A stretch of 64,000 nucleotides of DNA from positions 80,237,805 through 80,301,804 of the forward strand of contig NC_068987.1 of assembly GCF_001194135.2 (NCBI RefSeq), read 5' to 3'. This document shows, piece after piece, positions 1 through 14,064 of the stretch. Every line of letters begins with the position of its first letter. Positions within the stretch are counted from its first letter, which is position 1. A model generated the notes under the pieces. It did not search any database, was not told where the DNA came from, and saw only the letters and a program-made list of their open reading frames with translations. A program made the translations under genes and the position numbers. Source of the DNA: Octopus bimaculoides (Eukaryota).

Positions 1-46
<46 letters not shown>

Positions 47-370
47 TAACTGGCACTCTGTCGCTTAAGACAACGAGGGTTCCAGTTGATACGATCAACA
101 GAACAACTTGCTCGTGAGATTAACGTGGAAGTGGCTGAGCACTCTACAGACACGCGTACTCCATCACATACTTCTCAGGGAGATTCAGTGTGACACAGAG
201 TGTGACAAAGCTAGCCCCTTGATATACAGGTGCAAGTCATTTTTGCCAGCTAGAGGACTCGAGCAATGTGAAATAAAGTGTCTTGCTCAAGGACACAACG
301 CGCTGCCGTGAATCGAACTCGCGACCCAACGATCGCGAGCCGAATACCCCAACCGCTAAGCCATTCGCCT
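47..370 (-). mobile_element. SINE with the family-C 3' half but a different head and a GTGTCCTTGAGCAAGACACTTTA central motif
   Basis: 47-235 aligns with the family-C tail, while 260-370 carries a distinct tRNA-like head. Confidence 0.65.
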
Positions 371-377
371 TCATATA

Positions 378-434
<57 letters not shown>

Positions 435-1038
435 ATACGTATACGACGAGCTTCTTTCGGTTTCCGCTTACCAAATCGATTCAATGCTTACGAAAATAAG
501 ATGAACAAAAAAAATTCAAATGTATTAATACGCTGAATGGTATTTCAGTGTCATTTAGACGACTTTATGAGGACGGTACCTCTCTATATATAGTATTTTG
601 CTATGTGAGAAAAATCAACTAGATTTCGCTCAGGTTTGGCTGTATGGTAAGAAATCTACTTTTCAACCACATGGTTTCAACTTCAGTCCACTGCGTGGCA
701 CCCTGGGTAGGTCACTTTTTCTATAGCGTCTGGTCGACCAAGTCTTGTGAGTGGTTTTGGTACATAGAAATTGAAAGAAGCCCGAAACCATGCAGGTACA
801 ATGCTAGCCATACTTGCGTCTATCGTTTATTTAATGTTTGATTCGTCAGTCTTAAAATTAGTATTAAGTACACAGTATTTGCCATCGAAACATATCTGCC
901 TCTCTGTTTTTTGTCTTCATGCCTTTTTCTCTGACTCTCTCTCACCCCTCCTCTGTCTTTCACCCCTCTTCTTTCTCTAACCTCCTCTCTCTCTATCTCT
1001 TTCTCTCTCTGTGTAAGTATAGTTATATATGTGTGTGT

Positions 1039-1090
<52 letters not shown>

Positions 1091-1111
1091 GAGATATAGA
1101 TAGAGACAGAC

Positions 1112-1142
<31 letters not shown>

Positions 1143-3402
1143 GTATTCTTTTCTACTCTAGATAAAAGGCCCGAAATTTTGGAGGAGGGGGCCAGTCGAT
1201 TAGATCGAACCAATACGCAACTGGTACTTAATTTAACGACCCGAAAGGATGAAAGGCAAAGTCAACCTCGGCGGAATTTGAACTCCGAACGTAAAGACAG
1301 ACGAAATACTGCTAAGCATTTCGCCCGGTTGCATGCTAACGTTTCTGTCAGCTCGCCTACCTTAAAGAGATAGAGAGTATTAACTGATTCGAAGATTCCT
1401 TTAATATCTGTACATTTTGTTCCTCAGCAATGAGTCTTGTGTAATATATTTCCGATTGTTATTCAAAATAATAAAAGTCCCGCCTTTTATTATTTTATTT
1501 AGTCCTGAAGCATACTTATGTTTAAGACTAAATTATCTGATGTGACATTTCATTTTTAAGGCGCTTGTGTGTTGCTTGAAGAATTCTTCGCAACAATTTC
1601 CCTAACGTCGAGCGGCCATCTTTTCCAAGAAAGATTATCTTAACTCTTGCTTTTATGATTTTGTTGCGATAATTGCTTTTTATATCGTTATTTTCTGTTG
1701 ACGGTAACATCATTTCCCCCTTGTTATAGTGTTCCAATTGCTGTTTCCATTCTTTAAGCTTCAATTTAATTGAGTATGAACAATGAGTCGATATGCAAAA
1801 ATATCATTGAAATTTCTAACTTGATATTAGCACGAAATATGATGTTAACCTTTCCTTTCATCTTAATCATGTATTAGCGTGGTATATGCTATTAAACAAA
1901 ACAGCATTAAACTAACTCTTTGAAAATTTCCGGCCTTATTTCAAAGTATAATCAGCTATATTCATAATTATAGAAGATATCTCAGCACTTTGGTTCGGTT
2001 GTTTTGATTCGGATTTCTTGCTCGCATCTTATTTGAGCCTTTTCCCGTGATAATTATGGCTGTGCAGTTAAGAATCTCACTTTAAAACCTCGCGATTCCG
2101 GGTTGAGTCCCACAGCGCAGTACCTTGGGCAAGTGTCTTCTACTATATCCCCGGCCCCAGCAGGTGAATGTGGTAATCGAAAACTGTATGGAAAGCCCGT
2201 TATATATAAACATGTGTGCGTGTGTTATTGCTTGTTTACGTCCCCATGACTTAGCGATTCAGCAAAAGACACCGATAAAATAAGTACCACACTTAAAATA
2301 AATATTAGAGCTGATTTGCTCGACTAAGACCTTGAAACCAGGAACCCAGTATCGCTGCTATCCAATGACTGAACCACGTAAAAGATGAATAATAAAGAGA
2401 ATTCTTACTGTACGATATACATAAAACATAATTTATATGTGTGTGTACTTGCGCGCGCGCATGTGTGCATTTGTGTATTTGTACCTGTTCTACTTTTGTC
2501 TAGACATCACGTGGTGATTGTAAATGAGTATCATTGTCATACAAGTGAGGTTGTTCGTTTCCAGACTTTCGTGAAAACAACTGTTCAGCAATGAGCAAAC
2601 ATTATTTGTTTGGGAAGAGGTGAGAGTCGGTGACAGGAAGCGCATCCGGCTATAGAAAGTCTCCAAATGCAAGCATGGAAAAGTGGACGTGAAATGGTGA
2701 TGGATAGCTGTAGATGTAGAAACTAATTTCAGCGATATTTTAGCCATAACACACTGAAATGAGTTGTTGATAACTGTATATCTTTCCGGACTCTATATTT
2801 TCTTTCTTGTATGAAAGATAAAACACCATCTTTATATGTGGTTTTATTCAGTGACATCGCCTTACATTTCTTAACTCCTCTCTGACTGCATGCTCATAAA
2901 ACTTTCAAATTTTTATCTCAATCATGGCCATGTTGTTAAGAAGCTCGCTTTGCAACCATGTAGTTTTGAGTTCAATCCCACTGCGTGGAACCTTGTGCAA
3001 CTCTCTTTCATTTTAATCCCAGGCCGACTAATGCCTTATAGGTGAATTTGAAAGATGGAAACTGTGTGGAAGCTATCATATGTATGTACATGTGGTGTGT
3101 ATTTTTGTGGTTGTGTATATCCCACGCACTGCTTGACAACTGGTGTTGGTTTCTTTGCATTCCTGTATCTTAGCGGTTTCGGCAAAAGTGATTAATAGAA
3201 TAAGTATCAGACTTTAAAATATATGTGCTGGGGTCAATTTTCTCGATTAAACTCATCATGGCGGATTCTAGTATGGCTGCAGTTCATTAACTGAGACAAG
3301 TTAAATCTAGAATATATATATTATTGACCACATATACCTAACATATAACATCAGTGTATTAGACGGTAGGTTGCGACTTGGCGCGGTCGAGATTACTCGA
3401 AA

Positions 3403-3800
3403 ACCGGGTGTTAAAACACCTGAAAGTTATGGACAGGTGAGATAATTTACTCCAAATCTCATCGAGAAGTGATGAACATCAATGTTCCGCCATTTTTGTG
3501 GATTATCAACATCACTTATCCGAACTGAATTGGACATGAATCATAGCGCCATTTCACGATTTTTATCCATATAATGTGAAGACTATGTGCTGGTATGCTC
3601 GGACGATGCATACATAAGAATAAGTTCAAATTTGAAATAAAAGTAGCGCTTGTGTAATAAAGATTATCGACTATATATACTTAACAGATACTCTGAGCGT
3701 GCTTGCTTGTAGGCTGCGAACTAGCGTGGTGGAGAATACTCTCTCAAAGCACCGGGTGTTAAAACACCTGAAAGTCTTGGACGGGTGAGATAATTCGCTC
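3403..3800 (+). repeat. Pair of about 50-bp direct repeats 348 bp apart (3403-3452 and 3751-3800)
   Basis: ACCGGGTGTTAAAACACCTGAAAGT..TGGAC.GGTGAGATAATT; contains the palindrome GGTGTT-AA-AACACC. Confidence 0.8.
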
Positions 3801-3856
3801 TATATTTCATTCATTATGTCTGCAGAAATTTATGTACATTTGGTTTTCTTTTCCAG

Positions 3857-3961
3857 GTGAAAATCATTGCTGAAACTAAAGGACCAAGTCATACAAAAGA
3901 GCTGAAAGATTTGCTTGCTCTTTACTACGATGAAGTTTTTTGGGGAAATAATGTTCACTAG
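3857..3961 (+). CDS. Terminal coding exon of a convergent gene, probably L-threonine ammonia-lyase / serine-threonine dehydratase-like, C-terminal ACT-like domain (VKIIAETKGPSHTKELKDLLALYYDEVFWGNNVH*)
   Basis: Strong acceptor TTTTCTTTTCCAG at 3844-3856 and a phase-0 frame of 34 codons to TAG. V-x-x-x-x-ET-(K/R)-x-x-x-H-x-x-EL-x-x-x-L-x-x-x-Y resembles the C-terminus of metazoan threonine dehydratases as recalled. No upstream exon was found in the window. Confidence 0.58.
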   Translation: MKIIAETKGPSHTKELKDLLALYYDEVFWGNNVH

Positions 3962-4508
3962 AAAGGGAAAACGGAAATTTTATCAGTTCTTCTTTAATCA
4001 AATCATTATAGAGATAAACTCGCAATTAAAAAAAAAACGATTAAATTGAGACTTTTTTACTTTCAAAGTAAAAAAAAAATTCACTGGAAGAAAAGTTTAC
4101 AAAGAAAATACTTAAAATAACTCTCCGGAAATCCCTTTTGTAACATTATAGGTACATGAACTCACATAACCGCACACATATTCATTCACACACACACACT
4201 CATTTACACATACACACACATATTGTACATTTATATATGTGTGTGTGTATGTGTATATTTATCTATAAGTGAATATTTATACATATATAGATGTGTGTGC
4301 GTGTATTAATATATATATATGAATATATATATATATATATATGAGTATTATTTGCACATATGTATATGTATGAGTGTATATATATAAATCTTTAGTTAAA
4401 TATATTCAATGAGAATATTATGTACTGAATATATATTGAGTGCTCTATTGTATCAAAGTATTAATACTATTAAAGTATTTATGTATTTAACACGAATTTC
4501 AAGATTGA

Positions 4509-4589
<81 letters not shown>

Positions 4590-6054
4590 CGTATTCACAT
4601 TGTAGCATTGGAAGTGTATAAACAAAAGCAACCACTAATTCTAAATATGATAATTTCAGAACGTACAATTTGTTATCTTGCAAACTAATTTTCTACTGCA
4701 TCATGGGAGCGAAAACATCCAGTTCACCTGGTTTGGTATTTCTATCATGTACACTAATTCAATTATTAGTTAAGATAGTAAATATTGTCTAAAAGGATTA
4801 TTGCGAGCGTCTGAAAATCTAACTCCCTTAATATTGTGGCTTGGTGATCAGTATCACAGTCTAAAGTAAATGATTACTTACATTTCAACAACATTATATT
4901 GCGTGTCTTATCAACAACAATTCGGAGGGTTGAGGAGTGGTGAAGGAAGGTATTTGAGTGTATGGCGGCGAATGTATGTGTTTGTCTGGAGCACATAAGA
5001 AATAAAACAATTATTAACACTTACAGTATTGTGTTTGTTGTATTTCTGATAAAACATTAATTAAGAACAGGATCGATAATTACTAAATTATCGAATTCAA
5101 TAAATATTGGTTCTGAAAGGAAAACACTAAATGAAATATAAACTATCGCTTATTTTTGTTGTAAAGTCGAATGCCATTTCAATTTTCATTAATTTCGATT
5201 AAAAGCCGCCAACAAAATGAAGGTATAGTTTTTGAAACGCGCTTTATTTTGAGTATTAAATCAAGGAAATTCGATTGTACATTTCTGAATTTCTTGCTAT
5301 TTGTTCTACTTCAAAGAAAACGTTAAGACTTATTGTGAATTCTTAACGACATGGCGTGGTTAAAGCTTTGAGTTAATCAAACGTTATATTACATGGAAAA
5401 ATGCGAGCATGAAAAGTAATATTCTTAAGATTATAAGTCTGGAAAAGTACAGGACAAGTTATTACACCTGTAAAAGCATAGGACAAGCTATTACTTCTAA
5501 TAAAGTAAAGAATAAACTTTTTACTTAAAATGTTGCAGGAAAGAATGCCAGTTCTTCTAATTTATCTCTCTTTACAGTTCGCATCTTTGAGAACTAAATT
5601 AGTGGAGACGCTTGGAAGCTGCTGCGATTGACGAAATGGTGGACTTAAGAATATATTCAACCACAGTAGTGGTTGAATATTTCTTCAACGAATCTTGAAG
5701 CTTTTAGTCAGTTTTCTTTTAGAGGTTGTTTAGTAACAATTTTTTTAGGATTAAACTATACTTATTGCATAATGTATTAATGAAATGACGGTAACATTTT
5801 AATTAACCAACGACAAATATAAATGTCATTATTAGATAACTTAAAATTGTTATTCCGAAGGTTCAGTTGCCAAGAAAGTGGTTTGGTCGGAGATCGTGTG
5901 TTCAAACTAAAATGATTGCAGCGTGGAAAAGACGTATTATCTATTCAAAAACACACAAAGATTCGCTTAAGTATTCATCATTTTGTGCGTTAATGATCAG
6001 GTCATAATTGGTGCAACGAAACATTTGACTTCAAATAATATATGCTTAAGTGAA

Positions 6055-6268
6055 GGCGGGGAGCTGGCAGAAACGTTAGCACGCCGGGCGAAATGCTTAG
6101 CGGTATTTCCCCTGTCTTAACGTTTTGAGTACAAATTTCGCAGAAGTCGACTTCGCCTTTCATCCTTTCGGGATCGATAAATTAAGTACCAGTTGCGTAA
6201 CTTGGGTCGATCTAATCGACTGGCCCCCCTCCCCCAAACTTTCAGGCCTTGTGCCTAGAGTACAAAAT
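6055..6268 (+). mobile_element. tRNA-derived SINE, family B, single copy (about 215 bp, ATT-type tail)
   Basis: GGCGGGGAGCTGGCAGAAACGTTAG head, GAGT(T/A)CAAATT B-box-like motif and core GCCTTTCATCCTTTCGGG(G/A)TCGATAAATTAAGTACCAG. More than 20 related copies lie on both strands, e.g. 1145-1362, 17961-18180, 25590-25780, 30185-30360, 41147-41335. Confidence 0.85.
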
Positions 6269-7373
6269 AATATATGTTTAAGTGAAGTTAATATTCTTTA
6301 TGTGCTTTTGAATAGCTATGTGCTTTCCACGCTGTAACCGTTTAAAAATTTTATAATTATCAATACTCGATATCCGTGTCGTAATGGACCCTGGAAGATT
6401 GATAGCCAACGTTTATCTCGATAATATCTAAATTCAGAATACGTAAAAGAAATTAATAAATATACAACAGCTCACATTTCTCATTTATTTACTATGATTT
6501 ATATAGTAACCCATATAAAAACAGATTGTTTATAATAATATACCGGAAGCCATGTTCACTCGGCTGCAAATACTCCCTCTTGTGTTTATTGAAAAGTGAT
6601 GCAAATAATTCTTCGATTATATTCCATTTTAAAATTCAGGTGGATTCAATGTCTGGAATATCCTACGCACGCCCACGAATCGTGTATTTTAATTTATCTC
6701 AGGTTTCAACTCTGAGCATATGTCTCGCTGAATTGGTTAAACATATACTCTTAAATATATATTTATTTATTAGCCAATTTAATTAAGAAATTTCTGAAAA
6801 CAAACATTTCGCAAGCCACAGATCGATTGAACAGATAAATCAACACGTAAAATATACAATAGATTTATTTCCGGAATAACAATAAGAGAAATTACAAATC
6901 GTAAAAATATCTTTGTTTATTTTTCTGACAATTTAAAATGACAAAAGCCAACATTTTGATGACAAGTTGATAAAGTCCATAACATTATAAAGTACTGGCT
7001 GCTTATTTCTACGAAGGAAACAGCCAATTGTTTTGATCGTTGGCCAGAAATATTAGAACATCAATTCATATTGTAGTTTCTATTGAGCAAAATTATGTTG
7101 AATTAGTAGCAGGAAGCACAATCATTTTACAGTTAAAACAAAACTGAGAAAATAACATACTTGTGTAATTAATTATCTACAGCATTGGCACAGGGCAACA
7201 CATCATTAAATAGCAATATAGTCAACTGAATAGACCCGAGTAAAATCAAAAGCAAAAATAGACCCCAAAGTAATCTGGATTCAGGATATAAATAAAATGC
7301 TGCAAAATATTTTGATGCAAGGTCTACTGATTCTGCTATTAACCAACTTATAATTTGTGTGCTTATATATATA

Positions 7374-7407
<34 letters not shown>

Positions 7408-8386
7408 GGCGTAGGAGTGGCTTTGTGGTAAGTAGCTTGCTTACGAATTACGAACCACATGGTTCCGGGTTTAGTCCCACGTGGCACCTCGGGCAAGTGT
7501 CCTCTACTAAAGCTTCGGGCCGACCAAAACCTTGTGAGTGGGTTTGGTAGACGGAAAGCCCGTCGTATATATGTATATATGTATGTGTGTGTGTGGGTGT
7601 GTGTGTGTGTAATGTAAGTTAATATCAATGTATTCTTTATGCAGCACTCAATATAAACTCCTGGCTATCTACACGTTAAGATGGGTATTTAGAAATAATC
7701 CATATTCTATGGTGTCGAAGCTCCAGGTACTTATCAATGGTATAATGAGTATGTAAGTATTTTGTGGAGAAACATATAATGAAAGGAAAAAGAAGATATC
7801 ACTATAGCATAAATTTAATATTCGTTACAATTGTTTCAGTACCACTCTGCTTCGAATTACCTTATATATGGATGAATATGTATGATAAATTACGCAAGAC
7901 TTCTATAAATTTATGCCAAGTTGAAATAGTGAGGAACTTTATATTATCGGACAATTACGAAACTCTGCTTATATATTCGGATGAACAACAACAATTATGA
8001 ATATTGTTATTGTTATCATTACTATTATTATTATTGTTGTTGTTGTTGTTGTTACGTTGCCTTTATTAATTACTACCAGTTAAGAAAAATATCGAGGACA
8101 GCACATGACGATACAATACAGTACAATGTAACAGGTAGTGGTGGGGAACTGTTTTCATAATCACTCTTTCAAGAGCCATCTCTTTGTTTGATTTGAGAAA
8201 CCAAATTTAAAAAATAAATATGTACATTCAATTTTTATGTTAAGCTTTTAAAATTGGTCCCGAAGGGATGACAATTTAGGAAAATCAACAGGCGTCAGAA
8301 GGTGCTAGTTAGCTCAAAAACAAAATGAGACTACAATACCCAATTCGATAACAACTTGCAAAGCCTTTACTTGCAAACAATAAAAC

Positions 8387-8423
<37 letters not shown>

Positions 8424-8749
8424 CCTTTCCACTATAGGTACAAGGCCTGAAATTTTGGGGAAAAGGGATAATAGAATACATGGTTCCCATCGCTCAACTG
8501 GTACTATTTCATTGCCTCCGAAAGGGTGAAAGGCGAAGTTGACCTCGACGACATTTGAACAGTAGTTTATTGGCCACAAGGTCCGCCAAAAATATTTAGG
8601 ACAATGCAACGACAAAAACAGTAGTGATTTACATAGAACGAATAAATAATAATGAAAAAAAAAACATAACGACTAACAAAAGAATTCTAACAAAAAAATT
8701 CTTTAATAGTAGAGAAACGCCACTCAGAGGCAACAAAGAAAGCCACAGA

Positions 8750-8935
8750 TCCCGAGTCACTCAAGTCGCTACGAGTACCATAGTTATTTCTCCTCTCTCC
8801 TCCGTACTCTTCAGCATAAAGGCGCTTGCTTACAGTAGGCCTACACTCTCGGACCGTCGTTGTCGCATTCATCCACCTTTCAATAAATTTACTAAGAGGC
8901 AACACTTCCCTCTCAACCTTCCTCTTACTTTTCAA
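8750..8935 (-). mobile_element. Fragment of an old LINE-like (possibly L1/Tx1 C-terminal) repeat; related copy at about 14540-14700 on the plus strand
   Basis: EREVLPLSKFIERWMNATTTVR here versus VLPRSKFVERWMTVVSIVK at about 14555-14615. Confidence 0.4.
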
Positions 8936-10786
8936 ATGGAAGTTTTAAAAAGTCTATAGAAATAACATCACCTGACTTGGGAATATCGACATCAATGACA
9001 ACAGTTGTACGGTAAGAAAATACGAAGTCAGGAAAGAAAGAAAGAGACAAAGAGAGCATTTAAGGGAGCAGTGTGTTGTGGCCTAGAGTTGTAAGGTAAG
9101 AGTATAAAGTTACTTCAAATAAATTTTTTAAATCTAGTAAAAGACAATTAACAACTTCCGGGTCAGGGTTCTCGCCATAGAGATTGAAGATGAAGGTTTC
9201 GTGTACAAATCTGCTTATGATCTCATGAAACAACTCTCAGTCTCTGGGAAGAACAGGACCAAAGCTCTATAGGGAATATCAGAGACAGTGCAGAGATGTT
9301 CGAGCTGCTCTGGTTTAGGAGAAACAAAAATGACACTTTTGTATTTTAACGCTAAGGGAAGTAACTCTGATTGAGCCATTGTGATAGCGCTGACGTTTCA
9401 CCACTACTAACACAACCAAAGTTATTTCTTCTTTAAGTATGTTTGAAATCTGATTCAACGGAGACGAGTTACAAGATAGAATTTCCAAGCGGTTTTAATG
9501 CATGTCTCTGATATCCAAGTTGGTAAAAATTGTCAGCATCAGGGCAAACTGGCTCCCTTAGAGTGTAAGAAGAACCGAAACCATAGCGTGAGCGGAGGTT
9601 CTTCTCTGAAGACCTTCTGCTGTTCAACTCTCTATAACTTAATTGTCTATAACTTAATTGTCAAGGCGTCCTAAAAAGAGAAAAACGAATATGAAATGAC
9701 GTTATTGTTATTATACTATTTATTAGTGTTTCTATTTTTGTTATTAATCTTAGTGTTAACCCAAAAAGCAGTGATGTCGTTGTTGCTAGCATTTCTACAA
9801 TTTTCATTAATATTGTTTTTATTACCGTCCATTGTAGTTTTTATTACAATCCACTGTTTTAACAATGACCTTCGTATCATTACTGGAATCATTATTTTCG
9901 TTCTTGTTTTAATTTTGTTTCCATTTCTTTCCGAGTGTCTTCCCAACACCTAGATCAAAGAAACTCACTGTATATATTGATAAGCCACTAAAATAAACAC
10001 ACCAGATTGTTAATTTACAAAATCAAATAATATATTTTATACTTATCATCATTATAATTGTCATATTTATTCCTATATTTTTCTTTTCCCTGAATTCAGA
10101 AGCAACAGTAATGACCTTTGTTGCATATCATATATGATAATTGAGTTTGGTAAGTGTCTGATGAGGTACTAATCCACGCCATTTCAAACGTGTGTAAATT
10201 TATACAACTACTGTGTAATTTTCCATACATAATCATTTATGTGTAATGTGCTTTGTAAAAAAGAATGGTACTGAAACAATTGTAACCAATATTAAACTTA
10301 TGCTATACTGATACTTTCTTCCTTGTCTCTACACATACATACACACAGACACAAAACACACGATCAAACAGACCCCATAGACTCGATCTATATGGGAAAA
10401 ACTTGTGTTATTCAATAAGATCGGTAAAAGCGTATAGTAAACTTGTTGTGGGGAGTAAAACATTCAACGTTTCAAACAGAGTCCTTTTTTTTTTCAGGGA
10501 GATGCTGACAAGATAGAAATCAAAGAGAAACGGCAGAAACGGCAGAGCTAAGTCACAAAAGCTGAATGCAACTGACAAGGGACGCAGGACCACAGGAGCT
10601 TCATAAGTGAACAGGAAGTAGTGAGAGAGGAAAACTAGTTGAGAGAGGGAGATGGAAAGAAAATAGAATAAAGCGGGCAGCGGGTGAAAGTCAGAGTGAG
10701 GTAAAATATGAAGCGAAAAGGAGTTGAAGACTAAGAAAGGTATTACTGAACTAAGATGAGACGTAAAAGTACAAGAAAAGAAAATA

Positions 10787-11155
10787 GGCGTAGGCGTGGC
10801 TGTGTGGCAAGAAACTTGCTTTCCAACCACATGGTTCCGGGTGCAGACCCACTGCGTGACACCTTGGGCAAATGTCTTCTACTATAGCCTCGGGCTGACC
10901 AAAGGCTTGTGAGTGGATTTAGTAGATGGAAACTGAAAAGAAACCCATCGTATATGTGTGTGTGTATTTGTTTGTTTGCGTCTGTGTTTGCCCCCTCCCC
11001 CACCATCGTTAAGTTGTCCCCAACTTACCGGTTCGGCAAAAGATTCAGATATAAGTACCAGGCTTAGAAAGAATAAGTCTAAGGGTCGATTTCTTCGAGT
11101 AACAGGCGGTGTCCCAGTATGAACACAGTCAAAATGACTGAAACAAGTAAAAGAA
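10787..11155 (+). mobile_element. SINE family A copy
   Basis: Collinear with 55984-56370. Confidence 0.8.
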
Positions 11156-11379
11156 TGAAATAATTCATTTAAACCTGTTGGTGACATGGTACCAAGTTCG
11201 AATATGAAACGTTGTGCCTTCCGTTTTCTAGACTATGTGCATCCTTGATGTAAAGACATGCTACACTCTGGTAAGTGATTGATGGAATGGTTTATTGTGA
11301 TGAAGTGGGTGGCGACAGGTTGGCTTGGCATGCATAGTAGTATGCTTTGAAAGAGTCTGAGTTACAATATCACATTACC

Positions 11380-11500
11380 CAGAATTTTATCATTTGCAAA
11401 CGTTACAACACTCTTTATAGTGGAGAAATAGGCCGAAGCCTTGCATATCGCTTCGGGAGCACATTCAAACAATTCTAATACCTATACCAGGCTAATTAAT
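11380..11500 (+). mobile_element. Degenerate GIY-YIG (Penelope-like) fragment
   Basis: Translates roughly as IICKRYNTLYSGEIGRSLAYRFG, similar to C-x-x-C-x-x-LYIGETGR-x-L-x-x-RF-x-EH. Confidence 0.45.
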
Positions 11501-12267
11501 CGATATCAACCAGTGTAAACAGTGTGTTGAGGTATGTCCCTGTATGTCAAAAGGAATACTTAGGCATAGATAGAAAGATAAAAATAAAGCAGCAAACTGA
11601 AATAAGTAATGGGATCAATGTAGATCGAAATCTAATTACTAAAACTAGTTCACAGGCAAAAGAGTATAGAAGTTAACCTCATTTCACTAACTGAGAAAAA
11701 AACATTATATGTATTATGAATCACCAGGAAGGTTTTCAAACAGCTTAATTGCTGATTTTGCATTGATACAAAATCAGAGATAGTCGTATTGTATTTTTTT
11801 CCGACCCTTGACGTTCCGAGTTCAAATCCCGCAGAAGTTGACTTTGCCTTTCGTCTGCTCAGTTTTGATAAAATAAAGTAGCTGTTAGATACTGAGGTCA
11901 GTGCTATGGGCTAAATTTCTGCCCCTAGAATTGCTAGCTTTGTGTCCAAATTTGAAACAAAATCGGTGAGCAGACAGCATCGTTAGCGCCTGAGACGAAA
12001 TGCCTAGCGGTGTTAATTCCGAGGCTTTACGTTCTGACTTCTAATACCTCGGGATCAATAAAATAAAATACCAGTTGAGTATTGAGGTCGCTGCGATTGG
12101 CTAATCTTCTGCCCTAAAATTGCCAGTCTTTTGCCAAAGTTTGACTTTTCCTTTCATCCTTTTGGAGTCGATACCTTAAGTACCAGTGAAACACTGAGAT
12201 CGATGTAATCGGTTTGTCCCCTCCCCAAAAATTTCAGGCCTTGTGCCTACGACAGAATGGATTATTG

Positions 12268-12810
12268 AGTGAGAGAGCAGTACATGCCATCAAAGTGACA
12301 CTGGGGTAAAATATACGAAGCCCAATATACCCATCATGACTACTAGTCTGATAAGGGCACACCAGACATATGCATCACAACCATATGTGCGCGATATCGT
12401 GATCTTATAACAAGATGAACAGTGCATGACCTCGCAGGTGGGGCCCAGTTAGAATTTTCTTCAGGTCGAGTAGTCCATCCTGCTCAAAAGGTCCCTGAAT
12501 AAGGGTTTTTAAAGAAGAACAAAACACCCATGTTTCCAGAGGTGAATTATTTAAATCACAAAGAATTCCTCTCAACACATGACTATGATGCTCCCCCACT
12601 ACTTCTGCTCGTCCTCAGAGATGTACGTATCATCAGCCACCAAGGCTGGTTAAGGTCAAACAAGTGACAAGCAAATCTGTGGTATTGAGCAGAATATTTG
12701 CTGTAGTCCATCTTTTATACCAAGACAAAACAACGTACATGATAACACTTCCAATCAGTTAAAATCAAAAGTCAAGAGAGCCACTGCCTGGTACTGCATT
12801 AGGGCATTAT
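12268..12810 (+). repeat. Unclassified interspersed repeat (about 540 bp), family D; second copy at 14903-15435
   Basis: The two copies are collinear end to end (GAGCAGTACATGCCATCAAAGTGAC ... GAGAGCCACTGCCT). No ORF and no Pol III boxes recognised. Confidence 0.8.
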
Positions 12811-14064
12811 TTTACCAAGTACAACTAAAGAAAAGTATTTATTTTTCGATTATTTTGTAGCACAAAGTTCATGAAACGCAATGGAAGTCTACTGTATGGA
12901 AGCGGCACATAGGGACTACTATTCTGGGATATGATTTTTTTTCAGTTACCCTTTACATTAGATTCAAGATGGCCTCTACTCAGAGATGCGCATGAGTATA
13001 ACTACACAGAAAAGAACCAAAAATTCAAGGAAAAAAGAAATCAATGTCATAACTAAATTCACTCGTCACACACACGGTAATGTCATTTTAACATTTTAAA
13101 CGTTAATCTGAAAGGTTTGAATGACTCATTTAATACCATTATCAAGATCCGCTTACAGAATTTGCCAAACAAAGAAAACGAGCCAGTTTAAGCGAACGTG
13201 TTTTCGGTGGCACAAATGGTATTAGCAACACTAAGGCATTGAACATGAATGACTTAGAAGAGGGGAAAGAAAGCGTGCCTGGCAGAGATGTTCGACCAAA
13301 GAAAGTTTTTCCTAATTTTGAGAACTTTTTCCAAGAGTGAGCAAAAACCGAAGGTATCTGGCCGACGTATGGAATAGCAGAGACAGCAAAAATAGCCGGT
13401 CTATAGGCCCTACTCCGATCGGGGTAAGTGTGACTTGTGGGGCAAGATAAGGACAGAGCGAGAAAGCATGCCGAACACGTATGATATAGACCCGTATATG
13501 GGACGACACAGTACGAAATTCAACTTTACAGTGGTTTGAAAAGGAAACATGTTTTATTTATTGTTAAACCTAGAGTAAAAAATAGCCAGCTAATATATTG
13601 AACAAATGTGAGAAGGTGGATTGGCACCAAACACTCCTAAACGACGTACTTTTAGTATAAAACATCTTGTTGGCGGTTTATAATGCAGAGCCTTTAACTA
13701 TTAGAATGAGATCAAAAATACTCCCGGCACTTTCAAATGTAAAATATTCCAGTACGACGAATGGAAAAATGCCGAGGCTGAGCAATGATCTCATCCAACA
13801 GAGATTGCTGCTTCTCACATTTACTATTTGTTTTGGTATATATTGTTAATTATTTCTCATTTAATTATGCCGTCTTTTGATTAGATACGTTTATTGAAAT
13901 AGTTTTTATAATTTTCATTTAAATCAATGTCTCAATACAGTTTATCATGTCTTTCATACTCCACTGGTTACCTTCTATGACTTTACATCACCATATGTTC
14001 ATAAAATTTGAATATTTCAAAAACATGGAAACGCGTTTTTGCATATATGAATTGGTCATGGTAG

